Positions 59,705 to 64,000 of a DNA stretch of 64,000 bases are shown here, in pieces; position 1 is the first letter of the stretch, and each line of letters begins with the position of its first letter. Below the pieces are notes generated by a model that was not told the DNA's origin, ran no database searches, and worked only from the letters and a program-made list of their open reading frames with translations. A program made the translations under genes and the position numbers. This DNA is from Octopus vulgaris. Taxonomy: Eukaryota. Location: the NCBI GenBank assembly GCA_951406725.2, contig OX597833.1:27032001-27096000 (forward strand), given 5' to 3'.

Positions 59705-60716
59705 AAAATAAGCATAATGAATGTAAACTGTTAGCAAAACGTATGTATGCTTTGTTAATATACACTATAAACACTGTCATGCGGTAAAAGAAAATGAACA
59801 AATTATTTCAAGAGCGCATGCAAGCAAAAACAGAAGTGTGAGAAGGTTGTTAACTAATATATGTGATATCATGATGGATGTTGTAAAGAAAAGGAGTCAT
59901 GATTTAAAGAAAGAATACGTTTGTTGATGTCGGAGAAGATTTGTTTGCGTTTGTTTTGTTTTGTTTTGTTTTTATTCTGTTGGTTCTTAACACGTTAGCT
60001 TTATGAAGCGAAGGTCGGTGATCGTCAAAACTGAGGGTTTCTCTTGAGAACGAAATCGAGTCTCTGCTGTGTTAGTTCTTCAAAGAACTGGACTGCCACA
60101 TCCTAACCGAGAAGAAACTCTTTAAAAGATTTTGTTCATATATGGGCTATTTACTTCTCTGAGACTTGGTGCATATTCCTTCTGCTCATGTTGATCTAGA
60201 GTGAAAGATGTCAGAAAAACTGGGCCATGAATGACGAACAAATGTTTGAGAAAAGGATCCTGATAAGGCTATAGACCCCATGAGGACGCTGGCGGGGAAT
60301 CTAATACGGAATGACAAAATGTCGTGCAGTACTTATATTCCATCCAAATTTCTGAAATTTCCATCTCATTTATAAAGATGTACAGACTTTGAAATATCAG
60401 AAAGAGCTGGTGACAATGCTAAATAAAAGTGAGTCTCATTGTTATACTGGAAATTGTAGACTTGTGTAGACGACAGCATAAAGTAACAGTGACAACAATA
60501 ATATTGTTAATATGTTTTCTGGTTTTTACGGCGACAACAACGATAACGAAGGAGTGGTAGCGACAAAAACCTGTCGACACTCTTACAGTACTGTTGATAA
60601 TACGGCCTGAATGATTGATAGTTTTCAAGTAAGATAAGAGTGACTACTTCCGAAATCCAAATTAAATACTGAATGGCAGTATAGAGTGGGGAGGTGAGTA
60701 TGACAATTCAAATGAA

Positions 60717-60758
60717 ACTCCGGACATGTTTCGTTGTTATTAGACCTCATCAGCGAGT
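60717..60758 (-). ncRNA. Minimal type I hammerhead ribozyme
   Basis: ACTCG-CTGATGA-G..C-GAAAC-AT-GTC-CGGAGT; canonical core, GUC triplet, palindromic stem III (ACATGT). Confidence 0.7.
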
Positions 60759-61086
60759 AATCTGACTGGTAACTACATTCCTAGATAAGTGAAATAATAA
60801 AGATTCTTAGTAAAAACCATTGATAAGTTTCATAACAAAATAATAATAGGGGAAATTTTCCTAAGGTTTTCTCTAAGGTCAAAAACATACTTAAGTAAGA
60901 GTTAGCATAATTAATGCTGTGTGTTCGAAACAATGTTTAGATTTTAAAATTATAGCCTCAACTTTGACAATTCTTAGTGCCAAAGGGAAATTTGGCAGAT
61001 GGAAACAGTGACGACTCTTATGTGTGTGTATAAATATGTATATATATGCATATGTAAATAAATGTGTGTGTATATATATATGTATC

Positions 61087-61289
61087 TTTTTTATTTATTT
61101 TATTTCTATTTTATCTAGTTTCAGCTCACAAGCTGTGGCCATGCTGGGGCACCGCCATTCAAACAATGTGTTACGCTTGCTGCACCTAGGTTTCCCAAGC
61201 GGTCACCCATCTAAGTACTGACTAGGCTCGACGTTGCTTAACTTCGGTGATCGGACGAGAACAGGTGCTTTCAACGTACGGCCGTAAGC
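61087..61289 (-). mobile_element. Putative 5S-headed SINE (SINE3) with family-A 3' tail
   Basis: 5S head, 17-nt linker, then GGCGGTGCCCCAGCATGGCCACAGCTTGTGAGCTGAAAC and an A-rich tail. Confidence 0.7.
61175..61289 (-). pseudogene. 5S rRNA-derived sequence (about 115 nt)
   Basis: GCTTACGGCC...GTTCTCGTCCGATCACCGAAGTTAAGCAACG...AGTACTTAGATGGGTGACCGCTTGGGAA...GCAAGC; small deletion near the 5' end; no oligo-T terminator. Confidence 0.92.
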
Positions 61290-62351
61290 AAATATATGTG
61301 TGTGTGTGTGTGTATGTGTGTTTGTGTGTGTGTATGCATATATATATATATGTATATAAATCTATATGTGTGTTTGTGTGCATATGTGTGTGTGAGTGTG
61401 TGTGTGTATGTATGTATGTATGTATGTATATATGTATGTATGTATGTATGTATATATGTACGTATGTATGTGTATGTAGTTCATATTTGTATTTGGTTTG
61501 CAAGGTTCTTGATGCGAATTCGTGTGCTGAGAGAAAAAAAGAAATGACAACATGAACAATACCGAACATTTGAACTATCGATTAACCCTTTGACCAAATG
61601 TGTTTAACCTACGATTTAGAAAAACTAATTAAAAAAAACGGCTGATCGATAATTTGTTAGTAGAGTAACTAACCCATTAACTAGCAACAACAATAAAGGA
61701 CCGAACCAGTGCGTGGGTTTATGTATATGTATATATATATTTACCTATCTATGTATATATATATATATATATATATATGCATTTATGTCTCTCTCTGTGT
61801 GCGTGTGCGTATGCGTATGCTTGTGTGTGTAATGCAATAGTAGTTTAGGGACATGAAATTTTGTACCAGAGAAAATGTTTGTAAAATTCCCGCCAGCGCC
61901 GGTGTATAAAATATGTACAGAGCACTCCAATATTGGATGTATTGTTACATCTGTCGATGACAGCTGAAGACATAGATATATCACACTATCCTTTTGTCAA
62001 ATAGAAAGTACTTTGTCGAGGAATAATAAGTATTATAGAATGCGTAAGCATATATCATTGAATGTACTACCTTGTTTCCCACGTGCCAAATATTCTTAGC
62101 TGTGTTATATTACATGAGGCTATGTGTATGTGTATGTGCGTGTGTTTCTCTATGTGTTTATGTGTACATTCTTTTGTGTGTCTATACCAATTGGCGAAGA
62201 GTGCTCGATACATATATCGATCCCTTACACACAACAAATATTCCCAAATATAACTCTGTTACACATGCTAAGTGTTCTTTCGCTCCAATGTTATCCACAT
62301 TTTTCTCTATCTATTGTATGATATATATATATATATCATACAATATGTATG

Positions 62352-62410
<59 letters not shown>

Positions 62411-62414
<4 letters not shown>

Positions 62415-62812
62415 AATACCATATTAATATGGCGATAACAATTAATTTCCAGTAAACGCTGCCATAATCTCTTTTATAGAGACTTAGTAATTTTAATATT
62501 TCTATTATTGAAAACAAGTGGATGTATTCCACTGAAACTAGGTAAATATAAGCCTTCGAACAGAGACATCAGTGGCGACACCTGCGGGTCTGACTGCGCT
62601 ACATTGACAAGGGTCAATACCCCCGAAACGCGTCTGTAGCTGTCGGACTGGCAGTGTGAAGCGGCTGACCTCCCTTGTTCGAAGGTTATAATGGATACAG
62701 ATCGTGTATCAATAGCTATCTTGATGGCGGTGGCCTCATGGAGCTGACCATGGCAGCGATTATTCTTATATCTATAAGAATGCCATATTAATATGGCGAT
62801 AACAATTAATTT
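62411..62812 (+). mobile_element. Retrozyme-like or Penelope pLTR-like 364-bp unit with 38-bp terminal redundancy
   Basis: 62411-62448 is repeated at 62775-62812 (1 mismatch); internal hammerhead; nested inverted repeats; (TA)n on both sides. Confidence 0.7.
62598..62640 (+). ncRNA. Type I hammerhead ribozyme, U3-A8 core variant
   Basis: Stem I GCTACA/TGTAGC, core TTGACAA, stem II GGG/CCC, GAAAC-GC-GTC. Confidence 0.78.
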
Positions 62813-62944
62813 ATATATATATATATATATATATTAAATAATAAGGGTGAAGAAGAAAAATTGAATATTAATTTCATTAATATCAATTTAAAACCAGTGG
62901 CTTAGCATATTGGAGAATCTGAAGATTCAGAAAAATTATATTAC

Positions 62945-63152
62945 ATACATATAAGATGGGTGGCCACTAAGTAGACATCAATTATGCTAGAGATAGATCC
63001 CGAATTTTTGTATCTTTTCATTTGTCTTGCTCGCTTACGTTCTGGCGTTTGCTGAATGTTCTTGAGAACAATCTTTTCTTAGTGGTCAGACCATATGGAG
63101 TCTACCTCTAGCATAATGGATGTCCACTTAGTGGTCATCCTCTTATATGTAT
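62945..63152. repeat. Inverted repeat (about 52-bp arms) abutting (TA)n
   Basis: ATACATATAAGATGGGTGGCCACTAAGTAGACATCAATTATGCTAGAGATAGA versus TCTACCTCTAGCATAATGGATGTCCACTTAGTGGTCATCCTCTTATATGTAT. Confidence 0.85.
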
Positions 63153-63281
63153 ATATATATATATATATGGATGTATGTATGTATATATGTATGTATGCAT
63201 GTATGTATATATGTATATATGCATGTATGTATGTATATGTATGTATATACATATATATATATGTGTGTGTATATATATATA

Positions 63282-63398
<117 letters not shown>

Positions 63399-63404
63399 GC
63401 TTAT

Positions 63405-63661
63405 TTTATACTTTGATTATCTCTTAGGTTTTACATTTTTTGTCATTACACCGTTGCTATGATGGGGCACCGCCTTCAAAATTATTTAGTCTAATGAATC
63501 TACCCCAGAACTTATTATCTTAAGCATAGTACTTGCTTTATCGATGACTTTTGCCGAACCACTAGGTTACAGGAACGTAAACACATCAATACCGGTTGAC
63601 AAGTGGTGGTGGAGACAAACACAGACACAAAGACATACACACATAGTGTTATATATATATG

Positions 63662-63724
<63 letters not shown>

Positions 63725-63876
63725 GATGGGCTTCTTTCAGTTTCCGTCTACCAAAACCACTCACAAGGCTTTGATTAGCTCGAGGCTATAGCAGAAGATA
63801 CATGCCGAAGGTGCCAAGCAGTGGAACTGAACCCGGAACCATGGAGTTGGAAAGCAGGCTTCTTGACACACAACCA
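63405..63876 (-). mobile_element. SINE family A, degenerate full length
   Basis: Reverse complement of head (GGTTCCGGGTTCAGTTCCACTG), internal microsatellite and tail (GGCGGTGCCCCATC). Confidence 0.82.
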
Positions 63877-64000
63877 AAACTTTTTGACAGGTTGGGTCAA
63901 AAATAAATGTTGACTATTCAATAGTTGTTTAATAAAGTGAAGACATGATTGATAATATTGTACCTCAGACTGGATGAAAATAAGAAATAAATATTGCTGT

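Noticed and set aside
61175-61289. Functional 5S rRNA gene
   Set aside because: Deletion near the 5' end, substitutions, no oligo-T terminator, not in a tandem array, fused to a retroposon tail

Overview
AT-rich, microsatellite-saturated eukaryotic (metazoan) DNA. The SINE, LINE and microsatellite repertoire resembles a coleoid cephalopod (octopus-like) genome; this is an inference, not a database result. I could not identify any host exon, and almost all short ORFs in the track are microsatellite translations. The window is a transposon graveyard. It holds three tRNA-derived SINE families, about 10 R4/Dong-clade (RT plus restriction-like endonuclease) LINE fragments tied to (AAT)n tracts, a frameshifted DD34D mariner, the 5' endonuclease half of an RTE LINE, hAT MITEs, a Helitron-like element and Penelope-like ends at (TA)n. 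The most interesting items are: (1) a 364-nt self-complementary unit with terminal redundancy carrying a hammerhead ribozyme with a compensatory U3-A8 core (retrozyme/circRNA-like, 62411-62812), plus several more hammerheads; (2) a 2.0-kb ORF1-only, HAL1-like Tx1/L1 element with an intact TSD inserted in a SINE tRNA head; (3) a 5S rRNA-headed SINE3 candidate sharing a covarying 3' stem-loop tail with the tRNA SINE; (4) long foldbacks abutting (TA)n, a tRNA-like cassette between direct repeats, a decayed 38-bp minisatellite, and a near-total strand bias of (AAT)n/Dong elements.
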